Assembly (NCBI GenBank): GCA_951406725.2
Contig: OX597828.1
Coordinates: 72,726,001-72,790,000 of the forward strand
Source of the DNA: Octopus vulgaris
Taxonomy: Eukaryota
DNA: 64,000 bases
Direction of reading: 5' to 3'
Shown: positions 13,073 through 25,997 of the stretch, one piece after another
Position numbering within the stretch: the first letter of the stretch is position 1
How the letters are laid out: each line of letters starts with the position of its first letter
Notes under the pieces: generated by a model
Database searches by the model: none
The model's input: only the letters and a program-made list of their open reading frames with translations
What the model was told of the DNA's origin: nothing
Position numbers and translations under genes: made by a program

Positions 13073-15305
13073 TTCACGACGGGTCCCTTCCCATAATTCC
13101 TGTACCAAATTTCACTCATAAGGTGCCAATTCAAGTTAAAGCAGATGTCGCCGCGCTGTGAAATCGAACCAGAAACGACGTGGTTACAAAGTGAACATCA
13201 GAACCAAACGGCTGTGTCTATGCTTATAATTTTTTTAGATAAAAAAAATAATAAATAATTTTCCTACTTGAAATATAGCTGAAATTTTTAACGTACACTC
13301 ACTTTACAACGCTCTGTATTTGGTCAAGAATAATTTCGAAAGAAGAGAAGACAGTTGGGGAGAAAAGAAAAAAAAACGGAGCGGAAGAGAAAAGGAAGGC
13401 ATATTGCGAAAAAGAAAAAGAAGATAAGATAGTGAGAGGGAAAGGAAGACAAGAGAGGAGAAACAGAAAGAGAATCGTAATGTTAAATTTGTATAAGCAT
13501 CAAATTCTGTCTTACAGTAGATGATAAAATATGAGGCTATCACTAGCAGTTTGCATACAACATGCCAAAAGTCTTAAACATGCATTATCTCAGCATTATT
13601 CAGAACAGACATGATATAAATGAGCTCAGTGAAGGCTCAATATGTCAAGATGCGATGCTGTTGGATCGTTTACTGAAATCATTAGTTTTGCAAAAAGACT
13701 TGACATTTATGATTACTTTCACCATGGCGAATGTAGAGTTGCTTTTCACTTCCGGTTGCTTGTCCGTTAATGGCGTCACATCTTTACATTTATGAGGATT
13801 GTTTTTGTCTTGTGTTTTTTTTATCATTTTATGTCATCGATTTTTATGAGATCAATATCATGCTGAGTTGCGTTCTGTCTAATCTAGTCTTCTTTCTAAT
13901 TGAGTGATGGGGTGAGGGAAAAGTTGTCATTTTGTTCGTGTGTGGTGGTGGTGGGGGTTTATAAACCTCGTACATCTCTTTGAATTTGTTAACTTGAAAA
14001 CCTAACGCCTATGTATGGACACGTGACATATTTAAAAGTTTGCTTTGATATATAATGGTCATGTGATGTATTTACAAATTTATGTTGTTGGTCATGGATA
14101 TATTTACAAGTTTACACGGCACCTAAACTATCAGCTACTACTCACCTCAAATAGGATTTTCCTAGTTATGTCATTAGTGTGCGCTCATGCTGGAGCTCTA
14201 CGCTCAAGCGTCTTAGTCTATCATATTTTGGAAATTACTATTTGTAAATCTACAAATCTATTTGTACTCTAGATTAAAGATTATTTGCCCAAATTAAAAT
14301 GGCAGCAACATTCGTTCTAAACCAGGACTACCATGTTATGTTGGCAAATAATCATTACTCTATCATATTTATAACTTATTTGAATCTTCTACTTATATGC
14401 ATTTTTGAAAATTAATTTATATTGATGAGTATCAAGAAAAGAAAAAGAAAAACATTAATTTTGGGAGCAACTTTTAAAGCTCTGTACAGACTATTTACAA
14501 TGTGTTTGGTATTACCTCGCTTTGTTATTGCCATAATCTACCGCCATCTATTATTGCAAAACTTAATTTAATGCAACTGATATTAAATATTAGCAGCACT
14601 GTTGCGAAATTGTATAGGCAAATGAATTAGTGTTTTCATTTTTCTCAAAATTATAATTAAAATTAATTCTACCGCCTGTCCTCCGATGTGAAAATTATTG
14701 AACAAAATTCAATGAAGCAATAATTACAACGCACATTTTGTCATCATTTTGCAATTCGTTTTGGATTCACTGAAGAAATCAAGCCATTTCTATAAACGTG
14801 AATATCTTTCCAAAGTTTGACTTTCGCTTATGGAAAACGAGATTAAGGACATTCTCGATCAAAAGAAAGAAGCAGAAAGAATAGAAAGAAAAGACCAAAA
14901 ACAGAAAACAAAACAAAAAAGCACACACACACAAACACACACAACAAGATAGGTCGTTAAAGAATGTCTATTGACGAATAATGTAGTCGAATAATTTTGA
15001 AGAGCATTTATCGAATTATAGAAAGGCTGTTACGCTTTAATAGGCTTCAGAGAATTGATATAACTAGATTAGGAATTCTCAAATGTATTTTATGGGTCTT
15101 GTTAAAATACAAATTATATCCTGACCGTCAAAAATAATCTGTATTCTATCGAAAAAATATCAACTTTCATGAATAAACTTGTTCCTAATTACTTCGTGTG
15201 ATTAGCTAAATTTCGGAATTTTTGCCTCACATAAAGCAAAATGGAACGAAAAGAGTACAGCGTTAGGCATATAGCTTTGCAATGTTTATGCTTAAAGTAA
15301 GTCTT

Positions 15306-15510
15306 TGAGCTGGCAGAATCGTTAGCACAAAATGCTTAGCGGCATTTTGTCCGTCTTTACATTCTGAGTTCAAATTCCGCCGTGGTAGACTTTGCTTTTC
15401 ATCCTTTCGGGGTCGATGAAAATAAGTACCAGTTGAACCCTGGCGTCGATGTAATCGACTCGACTCCCTCCCCCAAAATTGCTGACCGTTTGCCACTATT
15501 TGAAACCAAT
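15306..15510 (+). mobile_element. SINE family A
   Basis: Head, core and tail are present. Confidence 0.88.
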
Positions 15511-15554
15511 ATTTACGGTTACGCATAATATATTCTCGACTGTTCTGTGTTCTA

Positions 15555-15875
15555 GAATCGAACTCCGCTCGCTTCGATTTTACTTTGCCGTATTTAAGGT
15601 TATTGCAAAGCCAATATTTACGGGTGGATAGCAGTTCCATCATGTAACGTTCATTTTAATCTTAACCGTTATCTATTAACTAAAATCGAACTAGCGAAGT
15701 TCGATTTTACTTTGCACTAAGTTAGGGTTACCCCAACTCCAACCCAATATTCGCGGAGGGACACCAGTTCTATCGAATATGGTTAATCATAAACTTAACT
15801 ATTGTCTGTCTACGTTCTAGCTTGGAACATTTCTCGCTTCGATTTTACTTTCATCCCTCTGGCGTCGATAAGATA
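15555..15875 (+). repeat. Degenerate tandem repeat with units of about 130-140 bp, sharing TTCGATTTTACTTT
   Basis: Motif at about 15573, 15700 and 15838. The first two units also share AATCGAACT and CCAATATT...CAGTTC.ATC. Confidence 0.65.
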
Positions 15876-16189
15876 AATATATTTCATGTATTGAGTCGGT
15901 TCTGTCGAATCTACTATTCAGTCGGCCAAAAATAGCTCTTGTGCATAATCAAAAGAATTTCCTAATAAATAATAACATATTCATACTCCAGCTAGGATTC
16001 AGTGTGGATAGCTGTAAGGATAAATAGCAATCAGTGTGATATTGAACGGCTAAACTATCTTAACCATTCTATTCGGTTAGCGAGAAGAAACAATTGACAT
16101 TCATTCGGGAGAGGAATAAATGTGTCTGGACTTCACAGCTAACTTTGAGATAATGTAGTTACAATGGGGCGGCGGCGGCGGCGTAGCTG

Positions 16190-17150
16190 CTGTAGGAGTG
16201 AATGTTTAACAAGTTTACTTCGCAACCACGAGGTTTCGAATTCAGTCCTGTTTCGTGGCATCTTCAGCTAATGTCATTTTCTATAGCCTCAGGTCAACCC
16301 ATACATTGGTGGGCGAAACTGTACTGAAATTTGACAAATACCCCACGGATAGCGCAGACGCCGTAATTGTGGCTGTCATTCGTTGCTGAGGGGTTGAGTT
16401 CATGTTCGAAGTTCACATGTGGTCCCTGGTCACATACATACACACTTTGGGACAGTGAGTGAAATTGGGTGGATGGAAACTGTATAGAAGCCTGGTGGAT
16501 TGCACCCGTAATTCAAATGATACAGCCTTGCTACACAATTTGTCTGTGGAATACTCAGCCTCTTTACACTTCAATTTGGAAACAGGTAATCAGTTGATCG
16601 CACAATGGAATCCTCGTGGTCGAACGACGAAGATCCACCACTAGCACCCCCACCATTTCCTATCAGCACACTACCACCAGCAGGAATGTCTATCGTTCAA
16701 TAATTCGTTTCGTAACCACGTAGTCCCGATTTTGACCTTCACTGTGTGGTCTCTTGACCAAACGTATTCTACCACAATATCGGAAATGGAGCAAAGCTGA
16801 ATTTGACGAGGGTCGAACACGGAACTCACAGTAACGTAAGACGGTCAGCGTTACAGGATAGGAATGGCTGTGCGGCTGAGATTTTCTTCGAACCCACGTG
16901 ATTTCGAGTTCATTCCTGTGATGCCGAACCTTTGGGCAAACGCCTGTTCCCAAAAAACTTTGACTCAAGTACAATACTAATCTCAAATTCTGGCACAAGG
17001 CCAGCAGTTTCAGGAGAAGGAACTTATCGATCACATCGATCACAGTGCTGAACAGGTACTTATTTTATCGACCCCCAAAAGGATGACTCGGTGGAATTTG
17101 AACTCAGAACGTAAAAACGGACGAAGTGCCGGCAGGGCCTTTGACTGGCG
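16190..17150. mobile_element. Pile-up of decayed SINE fragments (B head, C-type tail, A minus-strand copies)
   Basis: B-like head at 16190-16320, C tail at 16500-16640, B head at 16860-16940, A(-) at 16980-17150. Confidence 0.65.
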
Positions 17151-17319
17151 CTGTTAATTATAATGATGTGGATGGAATTCTGTTAATGGATATCGTACAG
17201 AAGCTCACCGGACCTCACCTCACGTTTCGACCTTACAGTTCTTGTTTCCAGGATCCAGGAATAACGTACTCATGTTCCGCTCTTTCTCTCTCTCCTTCTG
17301 TATCTGTGTGTGTGTGAGT

Positions 17320-17320
17320 T

Positions 17321-17366
<46 letters not shown>

Positions 17367-17367
17367 C

Positions 17368-17445
<78 letters not shown>

Positions 17446-17448
17446 ACT
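17320..17448. repeat. (CTA)n(CCA)n(CTA)n(CTG)n compound microsatellite
   Basis: Visible directly in the sequence. Confidence 0.95.
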
Positions 17449-18242
17449 AGTACAACTAGTACCTCATCCTTTGCCGCTGATGGTGATGAGATATTTAGTT
17501 GTTGCCGTTGCTTCGACTGATATGTCTACTTTTATTGCCGTGGTTGTTTAGCCCCCCGCTGCCATGTCAGACTTGATGCAGTAGCAGTAGGCCTATAATG
17601 CATAACGTTCCAGCCATGACCTTTCCGTATGTTATTCAGGGTTAGTGTTTTAATACTATCTGACACAATGTTCCTAGATATCAGCTTATTTAAGAGTATA
17701 TAAAGAGGAGGTGTGATGAATGAAGGAAAACTTGGTCGTTGCTTCTAGCATGTTGAACAGCAACGTCGAGGTCTCGTTTCTGAATGGTTATTGTATCCAT
17801 TGTTTTGCAGAGTTTTAGACTTCGTCATTTATCTGCGAATGTTAATCTTGTTTCTTAATGTTAGCGTCGATAGTTAAACTGCTAATGCGATCACTGTTGA
17901 AAATACGATAAATATAACGCGCAGAACAAAAACTTAATTGTTTAAACAATGATATTACTGTGATTAGCCGCTCTATTCATTGATCAATCGATCCCCGAAT
18001 GTTTAGATATTTAGATCAATGTTATTTAGATACTTTGATCACTAACATTCACATAAAAGATTTATAGGTCAATTCTCAGATTTTCGTTTGTTGTCCGATC
18101 AAACGTTATTGTGAAAATATTATATTAATCTTCAGAACAGTTGATGAAATTTGTAAAGAATATTGATAAAGCTTATAGTGTTTTTCATTATTATCGATGA
18201 AAACCTTTCACACTTGTTTTGCTGATAAATTTACATTTAGAT

Positions 18243-18305
<63 letters not shown>

Positions 18306-18493
18306 TTCCTACGCTTTTGTTTTTCATATCAAAAGAATAAATATGTACATTTGTGTTTGATTGCAATTATGGTTTGACACGGACGTTAAGAGTGTAACAT
18401 TTGAACGCTTGATAAGATCGCTGTTGTATCATTAACGACGAGTGGACAAACAGCAAATCTTCTCTAATGAACGCAGGTTAGAGATTCAAACAA

Positions 18494-18510
18494 TGCCGCT
18501 AGGTGTCGCT
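18494..18510 (+). promoter_or_regulatory. Candidate CTCF binding motif TGCCGCTAGGTGTCGCT
   Basis: Close match to the CTCF core CCRCYAGRKGGCGC in apparently unique sequence. Motif evidence only. Confidence 0.35.
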
Positions 18511-19200
18511 TTGAAAGAAGTCGGATGATTAACTGCTACGGTTTATTTCGCATCCGATTTCCATCGATGCAGCCCTTTACTAGCTGAGCAATTCCACTCA
18601 TGCTAACTCCAGGAATTCAAAATCACTCAAGAGGATCTGGACATGCACCAATGATGATTACATTAGTAAATGCAGTAAAGCTTTCTGGGCCGTGAATTGG
18701 CAGACTCAGTTGAGCCAAAGTTAGAATTGCTGCCGCTGCTTGTTTCGCTTAAATGAGATATGGGTTGAAATCCCGCTAAGATCATATTTGCCTCTTATCC
18801 TTTCGGAGTCGATAATAAATTACCAGCTAAAAATAATCCGGTATAATGGAAGCTTCGAGGTGCATTATAGTATTTCTGCTGCTTCCTTGCGTTTTGAGTA
18901 GACTTAATTGATTTAAACCCAGCGTCTTGGGTGTCTTTAATTGATTTCACTCTACGGAGTGATTTTAACCTGCGGAAATGTATTTGGGTTAAGCCTTTGT
19001 TCTGAGAATAACTTCCTCTCACCAGTCCGAGTTGGGGAAGGACTGAAACATGGAAAATCACAGGGCCGTTTCAATCTCCGAGTCTTCCGGTAAAAAATGT
19101 TTGGCTAACAAGAGGAATAGTAAAAGCAAACTTTTCTAACGAAGAATTATTGTAGGAAGCAATAATGTTGTCTTAAATTTCAAAGCGACCAGACATATAT

Positions 19201-19419
19201 ATTTCTTTATTGCCCACAAGGGGCTAAACATAGAGGGGACAAACAAGGACAGACAAAGGGATTAAGTCGATTACATCGAAGGTGCGAAACTGGTACTTTA
19301 TTTATCGACCCCGAAAGGATGAGAGGTAAAGTCGACCTCGGCGGAATTTGAACTCAGAACGTAACGACAGACGAAATACCGCTAAGCATTTCGCCCGGCG
19401 CGCTAACGAGTCTGCCAGC
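19201..19419 (-). mobile_element. SINE family A with alternative 3' tail (...TTTGTCCCCTCTATGTTTAGCCCCTTGTGGGCAATAAAGAAAT)
   Basis: Core is that of family A, but the tail differs and matches the copy at 62993-63196. Confidence 0.9.
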
Positions 19420-19685
19420 ACGCAACCAACCAACCAGCCAACAAACTCTTCAGGATTAGCAATTTCAGTGAGATATCTGATAATATAATGATGTTTCATT
19501 TCCTTGAAATTATTTAAGTGAATTGTGTTGAGGTGGTTGACGAAGATTTTAAATGAAAATGTTTGTAACTGCGGTCACCCATTAGATATTATAAAATTAC
19601 CGAGTGACACGACAGAATATTGAAACTGGAACGTCACTGAGACATTGCAGTTCTTCCTGTAGCTTCAATATTACCAAGAATTCTA

Positions 19686-19904
19686 AGGCGGTGAGCGTGC
19701 AAAATGGTTAGCACGTTAGGCAAAATACTTAGTGGCGTTTCAACCGTCTTTACGCTCTGAGTTCAAATCCTGCCGAGGTCGACTTTGTCTTTCATCCTTT
19801 CGGGGTCGATAAAATAATACCACCAGTTGCGTACTGGGGTCGATGTCATCGACTTATCTCCCCTCCGAAATTGCTGGCCTTGCTCCAAACTTTGAAACCA
19901 ATAT
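19686..19904 (+). mobile_element. SINE family A, full length
   Basis: Head, core and tail are present. Confidence 0.9.
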
Positions 19905-21295
19905 GTAACAAGGCTTGCTTTATTTCATCGAACATCACACTCCAATCGTTACAGACGTTTCCAATATGTCCATTTAGCTGATTTCCGTTATCATATATAA
20001 CAAGGAACGCTGAAGAATTGTGGTTGTCTTTGTGGTTGTTGTTTCCCAAATATTTCAGTCAGTTCTGTCTCCGTTTCATAAAAGTCACAAAAGGTAGCTG
20101 AGTAGATTCCTAAGTTGCAAATACTTTGAGTATCATTAATGTTTTATATAGCTGTCCAGTTTCGAATTACTTAATTAAAAAAATCAAAAACAGTCGCATA
20201 CATTTGCAGGTCGTAATTCTAAGAAAGCACAAATAATTCATTGTTTCATAATTGTAAAATGTTTTATAGTTAATTAATTTGATAATTACATTATCATTTC
20301 GTTTGTTCAATGACCGTAATCGCAAATCAGAATCCGTGACATTCATGTTCTATTTTCTTAATATCAGTGAGAAAAAAAAGCAACTTGTTGCTGCAAATGT
20401 CTTCGTTTGACATTATGGTGTTTGTGTCGTTACTGTATATTAGCCATGGCGGTGAAAAAGGAGCGAGAAAATGTCAAGATTGCATAAAATTCCTTCGAAT
20501 AACATTTAAAAAGAACGCAGGCCGTGATCACGTGTTGTTTATGTATTGGCGAGGTGAGATAGATCGTTGACATTCCGTTAACTGAGATCTGATAACTGCT
20601 GGTATGTATGATATGATAGCATCTACTGGTTAAGAATTATTTCTAAAGAATATTGTTATCTTTATTACGTAGAAATAGGTTTTGAGTAGACTTGGACGCT
20701 TGCCTTATTGAATTAATTTATCAGAAACGAATAAGAACGGAATTAAACATATGCGTTGAAATTATAATGGAGATTCAGGGAAGTAGAATCAAACTTCCAA
20801 AAATTAATTCATTAAGGCTAATTGAGGGCGGTCTGATCAGACTATGGTTCTTTAACGTCTTTTGTCGTGAGCGAGAATCTTTTTCTTCGCGACAAACTGC
20901 AGCAAAAGAGGCCTTACAGGTTCAAAGATCTCAAACATTTGCACAGGTTAAGGTTTGCTTATTATTCAATAAGTTCACCGACTGTTGAACGTTTGGAATT
21001 CCTATGTCAAATAATAAGAACTAACAATGGTAAAGCATTATATGTATTGTGGACTATGGAGTGTGTGTTAGTAATATCTGGGGAAATCCTTATGTAATAG
21101 GTACAAGCGTTGCTGTGTGATTAGGTGATTGCTTACAACCCTCTAGTCCTACGCTTGCTCCCTCTTTGCGGTTTCTTAGCCAAGTGCCTTCCAATATACT
21201 TATATATATACACAAACACACACGCACACAAACATGCACACATATACACACAGACACAGACACACATACATATACACTTAAATATATACGTACAC

Positions 21296-21366
21296 ACACG
21301 GACCGTAATCACTCGGTAGCTGCGGCCGAGATATCCCCGGGGATTTCGGGCGATTACGGTCCTTGT
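21296..21366. repeat. GC-rich 71-bp inverted repeat (mini-MITE or hairpin)
   Basis: ACACGGACCGTAATCACTCG versus CGGGCGATTACGGTCCTTGT (17/20 inverted), with an internal palindrome ATCCCCGGGGAT. Confidence 0.75.
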
Positions 21367-23944
21367 TAGTATGTATGCATACAATTATGTGCTTTGGCCG
21401 CAGCATTAGACCGCTTTAGCTCCTATTTCTAGCAATGTAGGTGTTTCTAACAACCATAGACATATTTAATGACAATTATAGTTTTCCTTTTAGGTAAAAC
21501 CCTGTATACCTCAACCTATATTAATTATATATATATATATATATATGTTAGTTGTTCCAGTTAATGGACTGCAGCCATTCTGAGGCACTGCTTTGAAGAA
21601 GTATTTCAAGCTTCGAAAACATACAGCCATGCCTTCACCTATATGTGTGTGTGTGTGTGTTTGTATGTGTTTGTATTAATATATTCGTGTACTAGTTTCA
21701 AGTTACCTTTCACACTTCTAGAATCTGTAGATTAAGAAATCGATGATATTGGTTTAGGTCAATTAGGATGAAATTTCTTATGATTTTATTGAAAAGAAGT
21801 TTCTGACGAACAACGGAAATGATCATTGAAAAGCCCGTAGCAGGCTCCCTCTAGTTATTTTAACCAACCTCTCCCCGCCATTCACATCGTTAATGCCCTT
21901 GTGAACGTGATCAAACGATTACTGTCCTCCACCACCTCCACCACCACCACCACCACCACAACCACCACAAAACCCAACAAAGAAGAGTCTTTTGTTTGAA
22001 ACAACGATAAGATTAAGAAGCCAGAAACTTGACAAATTTCCGAATATTCTCTTTATGCAATTTATGCTCTTTATTTCAACAAACCGATAAAACCTCTGAC
22101 GTGTCGGGAGAACACTTTCGCTATTATTGTAGTTAATAACAACTAATAAACCACATGTAACAACGACGACGCCGACGAAGAGGTGGAGGAGGAGGAGGAG
22201 GTATTGAACTAGTTTAACCTTTATGTGCATAAAGTATTTATCGAAGGCAATATTGTAATTTCAAGAAAGGGATAATAGACGCCAAAGGAACATACTATCA
22301 ACTGAATGGAAGCCAGTTATTAGCGTCTTAAAATTACAGGGTAGATGTTGAAATATGGCCACACCAGTCAATTTTCGCCGTCACTTTATTGATTTCCATT
22401 TAAATTTGACAACTTGAGTTTTGTTCTGATCTTGTAAATCATGCATGCATTATTAAAACCACAGATGGTGACACTGAGACACCACTCCATTATATTGCTA
22501 GATTATATAGGGCATTTTGCTAAGCGTCTAGGTTTCTGTTTTATTGTTTTGTATCTATACAGGATGCAAATTAATTTAATTTCCCCCTTTCGCACAGCTT
22601 TCATCTCATCGAGTTTCGATTTAGATACATAAAATGTCGTACGCGCTATATAACATTTAGTCGAATGTTTTGTTTTGAAGTAAAATTTATAGCGGCTACA
22701 TCGAAGCAGAAAAATAGGTGAAAACCCAATTAATTAAATGCAGTCGTTTCGTATTTGTTGTTGACAACCAACAGATTCAGTGATTTTTAGATGTAGACAA
22801 CACAATCATTGTTACTAATGTCTACGTTTGTAAACGAAAAGACAAAAAAGAAGAAAAAGAGAAAAAAAAAAGGGGAGAACAGCAGAGTATTGGTGGGAAT
22901 TTGGTTGCATAGAAATAACTACACGTAAAAGAAACTATGGCAAGGAAGAAACGAACTGTAAGAGACAGGGAGATTGAGACGAAGCGATTCTGACCTAAAT
23001 ACATCGACAAACAGAAAAATAAATCGTTAACAGCTTCGTTCTGTTGCCGGAAACGAAGAAATCCGTTGTCACATTACCGATAAGAAGCAGAGTACAAGCT
23101 TTCCAGAGATATGGAACTAAGCTAAACAATGTCCCCACCACCACAAAAAAAAACAACAAAAAAACAAAAAAAAAACCCAGAACGACAACGAAAAAAACAC
23201 TGTTGTTTTATAATTTTTATTTATCCCTATTTACTTTGATTTTTGAAAATTCTCTTTTTTTTTTTTCCAATGGAACTCTAATCATTCTGCTGTGACATAA
23301 GCATAATTCTGTCACGGCTCTTTAATATAAGTCATATTTTTTTGTTTTAGGTTTTGTTGTTGTTATTAGATATTTTAGGTGACTTGAAATACTTTCAGCG
23401 TAAATAACCTTCGTTAATCAATGAAATGCATTAGAGTGCGGTGTTGTTTACACGTTCACCTGAACTTATGGAATTCTCCAAATGTATCTAAAGCAGCCAT
23501 CTAACCAATAATAATAATAAGAAGAAGAATAATAATAAAGAATGATACTAATAATAATAATACTTTAAAACGAAAGGTCACACAGGATTCCCACTTCCAT
23601 ACTTGTTCGAGCTGAAAGTGTTACGTGGGCGATCTGTATTTCATAGTTTGATCTCTTAAAGTGTCCTTGTCAAAGTTAAATTGGCTTCATCGAACAACTG
23701 AATACTATCGAATTCCATTCTGCTCTATTTTATTTCAAGAAAGTTGTTTTCGAGAAATAATGGTTGCTACTCGATCAGAGTGTTAATTCGTTAACTTGGC
23801 CCTTCTTCAAGTGATTAACTAGTTCTGTTATATATTATCTTACCCAAATGATGTAAACAGCTTAATGAAACGTTACTAATTCATTCATAATGAGATCTAC
23901 AATGACTTTCAAAATGATCGTTTCTAGAGATGTATATTTTAAAG

Positions 23945-24022
23945 CAGAAGACCCCAAACACCGGTTCGCGGGCCAGTACTGGGCCGTGAATAATTTGGTG
24001 CCGGGCCGCACAGAAAGGATAA
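23945..24022 (+). mobile_element. 5' end of a hAT-Charlie (MER1-like) DNA transposon
   Basis: CAGAAGACCCCAAACACCGGTTCGCGGGCCAGTACTGGGCCGTG...ATTTGGTGCCGGGCCGCACAGAAAG resembles the recalled Charlie/MER1 terminus CAGGGGTCCCCAAC...GGGCCGCGGACCGGTACCGGTCCGTG...CCGGGCCGCACAG. Confidence 0.7.
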
Positions 24023-24042
24023 GTTTAAGTTTGTATTATATA

Positions 24043-24440
24043 TATTCCTTTCTACTATAAGCGCAAGGCCTAAAATTTAGGGAAAGAGGACAACGACTAG
24101 TCCTTGACTAGTTTTGACTGGTACTTATCTCATCGACTCTGAAAGGGTAAAGGCAAATTCACCTTCTACTGTATTTGAACTCAGAACGTAAACCCTGAAG
24201 AAATGTCACCAAACATTTTGTCCGGCGCGGTAACAATTCTGCCAGCTATCACCTTAGCTTAAAATTTTGGCACCCCACCTCTGCAATTTCGTGAGAGGAG
24301 ATAAGTATATTACATCGATCCCAGTGTTCGACGTGGTACTTATTTTATCGACCCCGAAAGGATGAAAGGCAAAGTCGTCCTCAGCGGAATTTGAACTCAG
24401 AATGTAAGGACGGACGAAATTATGTTAAGCATTTTGCCCT
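24043..24440 (-). mobile_element. Two tandem SINE family A copies
   Basis: Copies at about 24043-24256 and 24257-24440, each containing the core. Confidence 0.85.
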
Positions 24441-25474
24441 GCACAAAATAAATGACAATCATTGAGTCACAGGTGCTCGCTTCTGTTGACATATAATCAG
24501 GTATTTTGTCACAAAAGAAGCAAAAATATTTGAACCCTAGTTGTCCACTTCTATCAATATATAATCGAGTATTTTGGAACATAATACACTTGGCTGTTGG
24601 GTTCTACGTGTCTGCTTCTATAAATATCAGAAAAATTGGACCATAAGAAGCTAGAATGTTCTCACCCCTCTCGCTAACTCTGAGAAAAATAATATATCAA
24701 ACACCACCAACAAATGCCCAGCAATCTGTACTGCCTCTACGGAATTGCCAGTCTGTTATAAAATCACTGATGTCACATTTGCCTCCCTGTAGATAAAGAT
24801 TTTGTAGGTAAACCTCGGCATAGACTTTTTACTGGGTGAAGTCAAGCATCAACCGTAGCTAGCTGAGTAAAGAACTTGTGACAAGCGTAGTCATAATACA
24901 TTTAAATAGCTACCTGTAATGAAAATTATTTTGATTGCTTTTAGAGTTTCCTCTTTTTCAAAAGACTTCAAGTTTTCACTTTACGTAACAGATTTCATTT
25001 TAAAGTTTAAAAAGTGTTATATTTCTAATGATTTCTTTCCATTCTTCTGCCTCGGATTTGGGAGGAATAGATACAGAAATTACTGCTACATATTTGATGC
25101 TTGTATAAGGCTGAAGGCTGCACAGGTCGCTTGAACTACAATAAATACTAACAGAATATCCATCAAATCGCACCATAGTGTCTCAGGAAAGAAAATAATA
25201 CGTTAGACAATGAAGTCAAAAACGTTCTCGAAGAATTTAAATGTTTCTCAGTTTGCGGTGACCAGGGGTTAAACATCAACAACAGCGAATGCAGAGACAA
25301 AAATCAATGTCGACGACGTGATTTCTATTATAGCAGCATCTCACTCATGATATATAACCATTAATTTCTACCCGAGTACACTCTTAAATCAGAGGAAGAT
25401 GTAGTGGTCGGCCGAACTCACCGTAAATAATGATCAGCGGCCACCCTACTTCATTAATATTATATCGCATATTA

Positions 25475-25605
25475 AGGCGGTGAGCTGGCAGGATCGTTTG
25501 CACACCGGGGAGAAAATGCTAAGTGTCATTTTGTCTGTCTTCAAGTCCTGAGTTCAAATTCCGCTGAGGTCGATTTTGCCTTTCATCCCTTCGGGGTCGA
25601 TAAAG
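25475..25605 (+). mobile_element. SINE family A, 3'-truncated
   Basis: Head and core up to GGGGTCGATAAA. Confidence 0.85.
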
Positions 25606-25846
25606 TTGAATCCAAGTGTCGTTATAATTCACTTCCAAGGAATAAACACCGCCTTCCGTGGCTTCTGACACTTCTCTCTCTCTCTCTTCAAAAAAAAAAA
25701 AGTTCAATTCTAAATATCTAAAGCAAGGTGCGTTAACAGAAATGGTGTAAAGAAACAGAATTGAAACCGTGATCGTATTAATTCCAGTCATTATTTAGTT
25801 TGAGTATAATTGCAGTATGGTTTGAAATTATCCTTTGTGAGATCTG

Positions 25847-25997
25847 TTGGGGGTGTTTATCTCCCCTTCGTAAATATATAAGGACACAGGAAATGTGTCA
25901 AGGCCGACAGGAAGCGTCGATGCTTCCTAGGGCTAAATAGCGGTGGTGTAATTCCCTTACGGGACTGTCACGTTAAGCTGACAGTATACAACCACAA
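25847..25997 (+). mobile_element. Solo right arm of the MITE found at 34487-34777
   Basis: GACACAGGAAATGTGTCAAGGCCGACAGG...CCTAGGGCTAAATAGC...GACAGTATACAACCAC matches 34663-34777. Confidence 0.85.

Noticed and set aside
24781-24842. miR-10-like sequence (CTCCCTGTAGATAAAGATTTTGT) in a loose hairpin
   Set aside because: The seed differs from miR-10 (TCCCTGT versus ACCCTGT), the 3' half is divergent and the pairing is poor.
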